DNA of 64,000 nucleotides from Promethearchaeota archaeon (lineage in GTDB: Archaea > Asgardarchaeota > Thorarchaeia > Thorarchaeales > Thorarchaeaceae), in the NCBI GenBank assembly GCA_014728035.1, contig WJMJ01000059.1, positions 1 to 64,000 of the forward strand, in the 5' to 3' direction. Shown in pieces: positions 31,167 to 40,039 of this stretch. The notes under the pieces were generated by a model. It searched no databases, had not been told where the DNA came from, and worked only from the letters and a program-made list of their open reading frames with translations. The translations under genes and the position numbers were made by a program. Positions within the stretch are counted from its first letter, which is position 1. The number at the start of each line of letters is the position of its first letter.

Positions 31167-32261
31167 ATGATACGATTCAAGAACACCCCGCGAATTATCG
31201 TAATTCTATGTGCAGTACTCTTTGTATCTGCATCTATGCAATGTCCTGTACAAGCTCAAGCGATTGACCCTCCAATTGTCATAATGTTTGATGCATCTCA
31301 TTCACCCCAACATGCTCCTGACAATGAAGCACAAGGGTTGAAGAACGTTCTAGACCGTGTTAATGAATCCACCAAGTATATTGTACGAATTAATGAAGAC
31401 CCCTTGAACGACACTATTTTAGAAGATGTGGACGTCCTTATTATAGCAGCTCCTGATGCAGGTTCGGAATTTGAAACCAATGAGACAAAAGCTATTGTTG
31501 AATTGATGAATAATGGAAGTTCACTGATGTTTCTAGGCGATCCCATGCTCAATCAATCCTCAACTTATTGGATTAATCAGGTATTCAGAGATATGGGTGA
31601 GAATTATGCGTTGAATAGACTCTTTGACCAAATCAATATGACCGGAGTTAGGTTCAGTACCAACACCACCACGGAATCAACTACCTACTGTGATGCATTA
31701 TTTGATTTAAACAATGCATTGAATGCAACACAAGCCCCCTCTCTTGTTGCATTTGATTCAACTACTTGGGATGTTGAACATCCAATATTCAATGACATAA
31801 ATGTAATAGTTACAATGACTGCTACACTGAAACCTGTTGACTTGGCTAGTTCAATTGCCTATGGATATGAAACCTCTTTTGCACAATATCGTCGAGGTCC
31901 AAATAGTTTTGGAAATATATCTTATCCCAATATGACTTTAGCGGAATTTGAAGAAAATCCTTACTCCTATTCTGCAATCAATGGAACTTTTCCACCCTGG
32001 CTGTCCGCTTTCAAAATTGATTCAAGTCGTGTCATTGTAAGTGGATCCACGATTATGTTCACTGGACGTATGATCGATTTGGAGGATGCTGAACAAGCTT
32101 GGTACGAAATGTACGATAACACTCGTCTATTCTTGAATATGATTGATTGGTTGTCTGAAGAGTTTATTGACCCACCTAGTGCAATTACGAACATGCTAAT
32201 CATATCTTCAGTTATCTTCTTAGTTGGTGTAGCGTATTATCTACTCAAGAAACGTCAATAG
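31167..32261 (+). CDS. Secreted GIFT/GATase-like protein with C-terminal TM anchor (Wbp1/OST48-like candidate)
   Basis: Signal peptide, FDASH, DVDVLIIAAP, RVIVSGS...DNTRLFLNMIDWL, C-terminal TM plus KKRQ; many N-x-S/T sequons. Confidence 0.6.
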   Translation: MIRFKNTPRIIVILCAVLFVSASMQCPVQAQAIDPPIVIMFDASHSPQHAPDNEAQGLKNVLDRVNESTKYIVRINEDPLNDTILEDVDVLIIAAPDAGSEFETNETKAIVELMNNGSSLMFLGDPMLNQSSTYWINQVFRDMGENYALNRLFDQINMTGVRFSTNTTTESTTYCDALFDLNNALNATQAPSLVAFDSTTWDVEHPIFNDINVIVTMTATLKPVDLASSIAYGYETSFAQYRRGPNSFGNISYPNMTLAEFEENPYSYSAINGTFPPWLSAFKIDSSRVIVSGSTIMFTGRMIDLEDAEQAWYEMYDNTRLFLNMIDWLSEEFIDPPSAITNMLIISSVIFLVGVAYYLLKKRQ

Positions 32262-32263
32262 TT

Positions 32264-32878
32264 TCACAGTTTTAGAGTGATTCCTCCATCCGCAAGAGAC
32301 TCTTCAATGAGACTCTTCAGGGTGGAGATGTTTTTCTTTTTTGATGCAGAAATAGGAACGATTGTGGGTTCTCGTTCTACAACAGCCTCTCTAAGTTTGA
32401 ATCTAAGATATTCTATTTCAGAAACAACCTCTCTTTTTCTAAGCTTGTCTCTTTTGTTAGCAACGACTATCACCCTTTTTGTTATCTCCGATAGAAAGGT
32501 GTAGAACTCGATGTCAATAGGGATTTCTCCTCGCCCTTCCCATCTCTTCACCAATTCAGAAAATAGGGACAAGTCTACCACGAGAACTGCTAACATTATT
32601 CTTTCAGCCCAATTTTCTAGGTTTTGAATTATTGATGTCTTTGTTTCTTCAATTTTCTGCTTGCTAGTTCCGGACATGAATCCGAACCCAGGAATGTCAA
32701 CAATTGTAATTGGTCCAAAGTCTACCATATATTCTCTGGTTGTACTGCCAGGACTTTTTCCGATTCTTACTTTCTTACCTGTTAGAGCTCTAATTGTGCT
32801 GCTTTTGCCAACATTGCTTCTGCCGGCAAATACTACGAGTGGTTTTTGTTTAGCCCCAAAATGGTCGTGTTCTGGCAT
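32264..32878 (-). CDS. engB: GTP-binding protein EngB
   Basis: GRSNVGKSS, PGSTT, DIPGFG, NKRD, ISA. Confidence 0.92.
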   Translation of the reverse strand: MPEHDHFGAKQKPLVVFAGRSNVGKSSTIRALTGKKVRIGKSPGSTTREYMVDFGPITIVDIPGFGFMSGTSKQKIEETKTSIIQNLENWAERIMLAVLVVDLSLFSELVKRWEGRGEIPIDIEFYTFLSEITKRVIVVANKRDKLRKREVVSEIEYLRFKLREAVVEREPTIVPISASKKKNISTLKSLIEESLADGGITLKL

Positions 32879-35693
32879 ATTCTTGCTCTCCTTTTGCTAT
32901 TGCCTTCAATAATGTATCTCTGTCATCCAGTCCTGGTTTGAGTATTCTTCCTGCTGTTGTCGGACCAATCCCTCTTCCAGCTAGAACAAGGAGGGCCTTC
33001 TTTCCATAAGTCGCAACCAAGTTTGCTGTTAGAGAACCTGCTAGAAACACTTTTTCTTCTTTCTTAGTAAGTGCTTCTGATGCTTTCCTTTTGCTCAAAA
33101 TCTTTTCAAAGTCTTTGTCTGATTGATGAAGGATTGCAATCATTGTCGAATCACACATGGGACAACTTATCCTATCATCCATTGTTGAGATTGTTCTGAT
33201 TGATGACCAATCTCCATTGACACAGATGAGTTTGAACCGCTTTGAGAGAAGTCTTTCTTCCATAACCCGTAGCACTTCTCCTTCTTCTGAAATCTCCCCC
33301 ATCACCTCAAACCTGGTTTTTTCTTCGATAACCAACCGAGCTAACGGGGATGGCTTTTCTGTTTTGGCAATTTCTATACGTAAAGTTCCTTCTGAGGCTT
33401 CATCAAATATCCGTTTTATTGTGTCTAAATCGAGTTTTTCTGTTAGAACCTCACGCATTGCTTCTTCATAGACCGGTGATTGTTCGTAATTATTAATTAT
33501 TCTTTTGAGAGGAAGCTCCTTCATTTTTGCATCACGACGAATGATATCCATACGTCTACCAACATGTACAAATCGAATTGCGAAGTTTTGTGTATGTTTA
33601 ATCGACTTTTGTAGAACGACGCTTATTTGGCTTGATTTGTATTCATATAGAATCTCTCTCAAATATGTGGGTTCGATTCTTGCTTGTGATGTGAATAGAA
33701 TTCTGTAGGGATCACGTTCAACCATGACATCGATGCCCAATCTTGTTGTAAGAAGTGCAGCTAATACTATGCCAAGTGTTTCATTTGCTTTAGTTCCTAT
33801 TGGAGCATGTAGAACTATCCCTTCCCCAAAGTCTTCAATAATGAATAGACTTTCTGTAGGAATATGTTTCAGGACTTTTTTGCTCTCTTGTATTTCATCA
33901 AATATGTGATTGAATGCATCTTGAGAAACACCATAGGATGATCTCAACCAATTAGCTCCTTCGATTTTGTTCTTAATGGCTAACTGCTTCCATACCTTTG
34001 CAACTTCTTGAGCGACTCTCAATGGGACCGGAATCATCTCCCCAATCCATCTAGGAGCCTCGATATTTGTTTCACTTGCTGGAGTACATAATATCTCTCC
34101 AGTGTCTTCATCAATTGCAACGACATGCCATGGACGCCCTTTAATCACAAAAACCGAGCCTTGCTCCATATCTGATAGCACGTAATCCTCGTCTAGCACT
34201 CCTATAGAAGACCGTGTTGACATGTCTATTGCATTGACTTTTTGTATGTCTGGAATCGTACTAAGATGATTGTAGTAGTATGATCGTGATCTCCGCCCTC
34301 TCTCAATGTATTCGTCAGTTATTTTTAGCAACTTTCTTTCCTGCATGAATGTAATTAGTTTGATGAATTCTTTTTCTGTGACTTCAATAAATGGAAATGG
34401 TTCTTTGATAAAATCATAAAGCTCGCTCTTTTCAATTCTGCCGAAATCCAGAAGGACACCAGCTATCTGATGATTCAGTACGTCCCATGCCTTTTGTGGT
34501 ATATCTGCATCTTCTACTTTGTTGACCTTAGACCTTCTAAGAATCACTCCTGATTCTGTAATGTCATCGACATTTGCGGTTGCAATGATTATACCTTTTG
34601 CAGTTCTTCCAAAACCATGCCCTGATCTTCCGATTCGTTGAAGTGCTCGTGATACCTCTCTTGGACTACTATATTGAATCACCAAATCGGTATCTCCTAT
34701 ATCTATGCCAAGCTCAAGACTTGATGTTGCGATAATTGCTTGCGATTGACCTGTTTTGAGTTTATTTTCTGCATCCAATCGAACTTCTTTCGATAACGAT
34801 CCATGATGAACATCGAAAACAAACTTAGGTCCCATAACCCTCATCTTAGATCCCAGCACTTCTGCAAAAGAACGTGTATTTGTGAATATTATGGTTGATT
34901 GGTGTGTATTTACTAATTCTATTATTCGTTCTAATCTTGCGGTAGAGTGTGGAGGATATGAAATCTTCTTTGCAGTTTTTTCATGCTGTTTTGTTGGTAG
35001 TGGCACTTCAACACTAATCTCCATCTCTCGCTTTTGATATCCTGCCCAAACTATTTTGGACGTCTTTGTTTTTCCAGAGAGCATTTTTGCAATCTCTTGG
35101 GGATTTCCCACTGTTGCGGATAGTCCAATTCTTTGGATTTTTTTACCAGTTAATCTTTCTAAACGTTCAAGGCCAAAACATAACTGAGTACCACGTTTAC
35201 TATCTGCTAACTCGTGAATTTCATCAATAATTACTGAAAACACGGTTCTAAGATGATAGCGCAGTCTTTTCCCGGGCAAAATGGCTTGAAGTGTTTCTGG
35301 TGTTGTTATTAGCAAATTTGGTGGTTTGATTGCTTGTTTCCGTCTTTGGTACTGAGTAGTATCTCCATGTCTTACATCCACTGTTAGTTCAAGATTGTGA
35401 CATATTTTTTGGATACGTTGAAAGACATCTCTGTTTAATGCTCGTAACGGCGTGACATAAATGATATAGAATCCAAAAATGTCCTTTTCTTCTCTTAGAA
35501 GTTCTATCTTTCGTAGTAGAGGAATTAATGCAGCTTCTGTTTTACCGCTACCAGTTGGAGCGAGAAGAAGAAAATTATCCGGCTGTTTCAAAATTTGTGG
35601 AATGGCCTTCTCTTGAATTGGTGTTGGTGTTGTTATTCCTTGATCATAAAGAATTTTTTCAATATTCTTTCCAAGTATCGAGAAAAAAGTCAT
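32850..35693 (-). CDS. lhr: Lhr-family DEAH helicase
   Basis: APTGSGKT, PLRALNRD, DEIH, SAT, HHGSL, ATSSLELGIDIG, QRIGRSGH. Confidence 0.93.
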   Translation of the reverse strand: MTFFSILGKNIEKILYDQGITTPTPIQEKAIPQILKQPDNFLLLAPTGSGKTEAALIPLLRKIELLREEKDIFGFYIIYVTPLRALNRDVFQRIQKICHNLELTVDVRHGDTTQYQRRKQAIKPPNLLITTPETLQAILPGKRLRYHLRTVFSVIIDEIHELADSKRGTQLCFGLERLERLTGKKIQRIGLSATVGNPQEIAKMLSGKTKTSKIVWAGYQKREMEISVEVPLPTKQHEKTAKKISYPPHSTARLERIIELVNTHQSTIIFTNTRSFAEVLGSKMRVMGPKFVFDVHHGSLSKEVRLDAENKLKTGQSQAIIATSSLELGIDIGDTDLVIQYSSPREVSRALQRIGRSGHGFGRTAKGIIIATANVDDITESGVILRRSKVNKVEDADIPQKAWDVLNHQIAGVLLDFGRIEKSELYDFIKEPFPFIEVTEKEFIKLITFMQERKLLKITDEYIERGRRSRSYYYNHLSTIPDIQKVNAIDMSTRSSIGVLDEDYVLSDMEQGSVFVIKGRPWHVVAIDEDTGEILCTPASETNIEAPRWIGEMIPVPLRVAQEVAKVWKQLAIKNKIEGANWLRSSYGVSQDAFNHIFDEIQESKKVLKHIPTESLFIIEDFGEGIVLHAPIGTKANETLGIVLAALLTTRLGIDVMVERDPYRILFTSQARIEPTYLREILYEYKSSQISVVLQKSIKHTQNFAIRFVHVGRRMDIIRRDAKMKELPLKRIINNYEQSPVYEEAMREVLTEKLDLDTIKRIFDEASEGTLRIEIAKTEKPSPLARLVIEEKTRFEVMGEISEEGEVLRVMEERLLSKRFKLICVNGDWSSIRTISTMDDRISCPMCDSTMIAILHQSDKDFEKILSKRKASEALTKKEEKVFLAGSLTANLVATYGKKALLVLAGRGIGPTTAGRILKPGLDDRDTLLKAIAKGEQEYARTRPFWG

Positions 35694-35920
35694 TCCAAGA
35701 ACACCTTGTTTCTTAGATGTTTAAATTCACTAATCAAGATGCGTATATCAGTTTGGATTGTAATGTCCTTGTCTTTCTTTTCCTTTTCTAAAGCTTGGAT
35801 ATATCGGGAGGGTACTATTTCAGAACTCACCAATTGCTCTATTAGGTTCTTCATATATTCTAAATTCATTATATGTGGTGCAATGTTTTCAAAGGCTAGT
35901 CTAAGCAAGGATTCGTTCAT
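35690..35920 (-). CDS. Hypothetical helical protein
   Basis: 76-aa ORF from ATG 35920; stop overlaps the lhr start (ATGA). Confidence 0.6.
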   Translation of the reverse strand: MNESLLRLAFENIAPHIMNLEYMKNLIEQLVSSEIVPSRYIQALEKEKKDKDITIQTDIRILISEFKHLRNKVFLE

Positions 35921-35939
35921 GACGAAGTCCTTCTTACAG

Positions 35940-36059
35940 CTACTCCTCCTTTTCTTCGCCATACACCATATAGGCCATTACTAGGATTAGAGCTGATATC
36001 CCCATTACGTTGAACAATACAAACAGAATACTTTGAATGGTGTCAATGGTTTCTTGCAT
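35940..36059 (-). CDS. 39-aa single-TM peptide MQETIDTIQSILFVLFNVMGISALILVMAYMVYGEEKEE (OST4-like candidate)
   Basis: SD GAGGAG upstream; one TM helix; fills the gap between elf1 and the next gene. Confidence 0.65.
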   Translation of the reverse strand: MQETIDTIQSILFVLFNVMGISALILVMAYMVYGEEKEE

Positions 36060-36120
36060 CTTTATCTTGACTCCTCGACCATGTGCTGCTTATAATCATT
36101 GCTAGTGTTCGGAAGCTGTA

Positions 36121-36375
36121 TTAGGCAACCTCAGCTTTCCGACGTTCGTAGAAGATATCAATGAATGATCCATAGACATCAACGGCTTCTGTTAGAGTAT
36201 TGACTTCTTCAATGCTTTCTTCAAGTCCGCATGAGCCACATTTTACCGTGGCAAACTCATTATCGCGATAGACTTCGATTTTGATTGAGGTGTTTCCACA
36301 CTCTGGACAGGGATATACATCTGGAATTCTGCTTTGTGGGCGTCGTCTTACTTTCTGTCTGCGTCTTCTTCCCAT
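36121..36375 (-). CDS. elf1: Transcription elongation factor Elf1
   Basis: Basic MGRRRR N-terminus, CPEC...CGSC, VDVYGSFID. Confidence 0.92.
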   Translation of the reverse strand: MGRRRRQKVRRRPQSRIPDVYPCPECGNTSIKIEVYRDNEFATVKCGSCGLEESIEEVNTLTEAVDVYGSFIDIFYERRKAEVA

Positions 36376-36519
36376 CTTTCTTCACCTTAGCCTATTTCAC
36401 ACCAATCGAGCTTAGGCCCAAATAGAAATAGAGCAAGTTGCACCTCTTGTATGGAAATTTAAGGATTGCGTTCTAGTGGTAAGACAGAAGCTTTCTTATT
36501 GTGGTGTTTTTGTCTTAAC

Positions 36520-36756
36520 ATGATGACCGACCTATCACGAAATGCACAGTGTATTCTCAAAGTTCTTGAAGGTGTGGAATCACTAACCACTTCACAGATT
36601 CTTGAGAGAGCTAAGCAACCCGAATTTAAAGAAATATGTGTTGATTGTGCTGGTGGAGATGCATTCATCGTGGCTGCTAACCAGTTAGTTGAGAAAGGGA
36701 TGATAATTCGATCATTTGGAAAGGGTGGATATCGCTGGAAACTTGCTGGAGACTGA
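36520..36756 (+). CDS. Small winged-helix-like protein
   Basis: ILKVL...LTTSQIL...CVDC...LVEKGMI..FGKGGYRW pattern. Confidence 0.6.
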   Translation: MMTDLSRNAQCILKVLEGVESLTTSQILERAKQPEFKEICVDCAGGDAFIVAANQLVEKGMIIRSFGKGGYRWKLAGD

Positions 36757-36757
36757 T

Positions 36758-37993
36758 ATGATGCTCAATGTACGAGATGATTTTCCGGTTCTAAAACGAA
36801 TAATCAATGACAAACCAATTGTGTATCTTGATAGTGCATGTATGTCCCTAAAGCCTCGTCAAGTAGTTGAAGCAATGAATGAATATTATGTGCAGTATCC
36901 AGCATGTGGTGGAAGGAGTATTCACCGACTTGGAGAAGAAGCATCACATGCATATGAGGCATCCCGTGAGAAGTTTGCTAGATTTCTTAATGCTGCAGAA
37001 CCTGAAGAATGTATATGGACGCGGAATGCTACAGAGTCTCTTAATATTGTTGCAGCATCGGTCAGATTACCAAAAGATGCTAAACTTGTCACTACCACAT
37101 TGGAACATCATAGTGGGTCTCTACCATTCGTTGAAAGGGCTAAACGGGACAATCTTGAAATCGAGGTTGTTGAGGCAAAACCGGATGGAACATTTGATAT
37201 GGATGATTGGAAGAACGCGATTGATTCTAGAACCAAACTAGTATCTGTTGTTCACTCTTCAAATGTAACTGGCACTGTTGCACCACTAAAGGAAATCGTT
37301 GAGATTGCTCATGATCGAGGTGCACTCGTTATGGCTGATGATGCTCAATATGCACCCCATCATCCTCTTGATGTACAAGACTTTGATGTTGATTTTTCTG
37401 CTATTTCTGTTCACAAAATGTGCGGTCCCAGTGGTATGGGTGTGTTATATGGGAAACTCGACCTGCTAAAGGATATGGATATGTTTCTTGTTGGTGGCGA
37501 TACTGTTGCAGATGTGCGGTATGAGAACGGTCAAATAATTCCAGAATATCTCCCACCCCCTGAGAAATTTGAAGCAGGATTACAAAATTACGCGGGAGCT
37601 ATTGGAGCTGGAGCAGCAGCCGAATACCTTCAATCTCTTGGAATGCACGAGATTGAGAAACACGAACGCGCTCTTCTTGCACGTGCCATAAATGAACTAC
37701 AATCAATGGATGAAATCACCATTTTTGGTGGGGATAACATTGACATCAAAACTGGCCTTGTCGCTTTTCTGGTTTCCACAGTTGAAACTGCTCACGATGT
37801 AGCAACCTTTTTGAATGATAGCCATAACGTTATGGTTAGAAGTGGTGCGCATTGCGTTCACCCCTTTCATTACCAGCATGGTATTCCACCGAGTAAGGGG
37901 ACAAACCGTGCAAGTTTCTACCTGTATAATAATCAACACGATGTTGATACGTTCATCCAAGCTATGCGGGAATTAATCGCGGCTAGTAGTTGA
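36758..37993 (+). CDS. sufS: Cysteine desulfurase (SufS type)
   Basis: VRDDFPVL, YLDSA, EHHS, SVHKMCGP, KFEAG, RSGAHC, RASF. Confidence 0.92.
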   Translation: MMLNVRDDFPVLKRIINDKPIVYLDSACMSLKPRQVVEAMNEYYVQYPACGGRSIHRLGEEASHAYEASREKFARFLNAAEPEECIWTRNATESLNIVAASVRLPKDAKLVTTTLEHHSGSLPFVERAKRDNLEIEVVEAKPDGTFDMDDWKNAIDSRTKLVSVVHSSNVTGTVAPLKEIVEIAHDRGALVMADDAQYAPHHPLDVQDFDVDFSAISVHKMCGPSGMGVLYGKLDLLKDMDMFLVGGDTVADVRYENGQIIPEYLPPPEKFEAGLQNYAGAIGAGAAAEYLQSLGMHEIEKHERALLARAINELQSMDEITIFGGDNIDIKTGLVAFLVSTVETAHDVATFLNDSHNVMVRSGAHCVHPFHYQHGIPPSKGTNRASFYLYNNQHDVDTFIQAMRELIAASS

Positions 37994-38070
37994 AAATTAA
38001 AAATAGAACTGGATATATTGGTGACTAAAGGTGTAGATTTATACTAACACCTTATAGTCACTGATTTGTT

Positions 38071-39837
38071 TCAGCCTAATGATGCAATATCTTTTCGTAC
38101 CTTTCGTATTTCTTCGATTGGATCGGCAAATTCCAATTTACTAGTTGAGAGATCTAAAGAATCACGATATTTCGAGACCCTCCCTTGAATGGCAACATAT
38201 CTACCTAAAGCACGATCTGAATTTTGTTCAATTGGTGCAGTATCTCTTCCAGTCTTCTCAATGATGCGTTGTGCTTCTTCTGCAGATATTCCTAAAAGAT
38301 CTTCACCTGATTCTCCAAAAAGAGTAGCTCTAATACTGCCTGAACCGTCATCTATAGTTATTTTGAAGAGCATTCGATATTCTGGTTTCTTCACATCTCC
38401 ACAGACTGCACAGTTATATCTTCCATCTTCGAAATTGAGTTTTTTCCTGCAATCTGGACAAGATGGATATACTGGCTTGGATTGTGAGATGTTTACAATA
38501 ATTCCACAAATCTCAATGGTCTTGCCCTCAGTCGATGCATCGATGTCTCCAATCATATATCTATTTGCACTTACGGTGGGTCTGGTTGAAACTTCGGAGA
38601 TGTCAAGGTCTGCGATAGATGTATCTTTTGGATTGATGGTGATTTCAGCTTTTCTTCCAACCTGATATTCATACCCTCCACGAAAACCTTCTTTCACATA
38701 TCCATGAAGAACTCGGATAACATCCCCTTCTTCAATTCCTGTTATTTTATCAACATCATCATTCCAAAATGTTACTCTTATAGTTCCAGTGTCATCAGCG
38801 ACGATTATGTTCTGGACTCGACCTTCGGATCCTTCTCTATCGAAAGTGGTAATGTCAAAAATACGTACAACTTTCCCTTCCAAATCCACATCCCACATTC
38901 CTGTCGACAAATCCTCTATTTTCTTCATTCCGAGAGCTTCAGAACCTCCTGATGGTGCGGCATAATCAGCAATATCAATATCCATGTCAAGTGCTCTATC
39001 TATTTTGGATGACCGTCCGGCATGTACCTCTATCTCTCCACTTCTACCAGTTCTGGTGTATCCTCCAGTTAGCCGGATAATTTCACCCTCTTTGACTGAT
39101 TGCATTTCTTCTGCAAAATCATCCCAGAAGACCATTCGCGTACTACCCGACTCATCGGCAACAACGATACTCATTACTTTTCCTTCTTTTCCATCTGATT
39201 TTCTTGTAAAAGTGGAAAGTTTGAATATTCGCTGCACTTTCCCAAGTATCGTAATATCATACTCCCGGTCTTTTAGTTCACTGATCCTGTTGGGTTCTCT
39301 TTTACCTAAATCAATGTCCAAATCTTCCATTTCGTAGTCTTCAAGGACTCTGATTCCTCCCATCCTTCCCAAATTCAATTCCAAGGCATCTCGAAGCCCT
39401 TTCTTAACATATGCTCCTCTTATCTGCACTACTCCCCCAGCTTCAATTGCTCCCTCCGAAACAGCGGCGGTCTTCTCATCCCAGAGAGCTACACGAATAC
39501 TTCCAGTTTCATCTGCAACAATTATACTGGCAACTTTTCCTTCTCCTCCATCAGAACGTGAAAAGGTTCTTACTGGAGCAATTTGAACTACTTTTGCTGT
39601 GAGAGCTACACTTCGAGTTGACTCCGATATATCCTCTATTCTAAGACGTGCTTTTGGAGATAGTTGATGTGTATCAATTCCAAGTTCTCTTGCAACAATC
39701 ATCGCAGCAGATTCTTCATTAACTACCTCAGGTCCCAATTCATCTCTTTTTGCCTGAATCATTTCAACAATATCTTTCCGGTCATAATCCGGCAATTGTT
39801 TCAGAATTATTTCAATAGTTTCTTCAAGGGTGAGCAT
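38071..39837 (-). CDS. rpa: Replication protein A (multi-OB fold, Zn finger)
   Basis: Repeated F.R.DG.EGKV...VADETG..R...W OB folds; final OB fold with CPDC...CAVC. Confidence 0.92.
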   Translation of the reverse strand: MLTLEETIEIILKQLPDYDRKDIVEMIQAKRDELGPEVVNEESAAMIVARELGIDTHQLSPKARLRIEDISESTRSVALTAKVVQIAPVRTFSRSDGGEGKVASIIVADETGSIRVALWDEKTAAVSEGAIEAGGVVQIRGAYVKKGLRDALELNLGRMGGIRVLEDYEMEDLDIDLGKREPNRISELKDREYDITILGKVQRIFKLSTFTRKSDGKEGKVMSIVVADESGSTRMVFWDDFAEEMQSVKEGEIIRLTGGYTRTGRSGEIEVHAGRSSKIDRALDMDIDIADYAAPSGGSEALGMKKIEDLSTGMWDVDLEGKVVRIFDITTFDREGSEGRVQNIIVADDTGTIRVTFWNDDVDKITGIEEGDVIRVLHGYVKEGFRGGYEYQVGRKAEITINPKDTSIADLDISEVSTRPTVSANRYMIGDIDASTEGKTIEICGIIVNISQSKPVYPSCPDCRKKLNFEDGRYNCAVCGDVKKPEYRMLFKITIDDGSGSIRATLFGESGEDLLGISAEEAQRIIEKTGRDTAPIEQNSDRALGRYVAIQGRVSKYRDSLDLSTSKLEFADPIEEIRKVRKDIASLG

Positions 39838-40039
39838 AATTATTTCCCATCCATACTTTAGATAGTGGTTTTGGCCGATTTATTGTTCTACTCATCCCCT
39901 TTAAAGTAGTATACTCTTAGTAGGCGAGCTGTAACTCAATTCATCTATGATATTTTTGAGATTTACCGCCTATTGAAGAATTGATTTGTTTTCAACGAAA
40001 GACAAAATAATCATTATCTGAAGAATCACTTGAATCATT

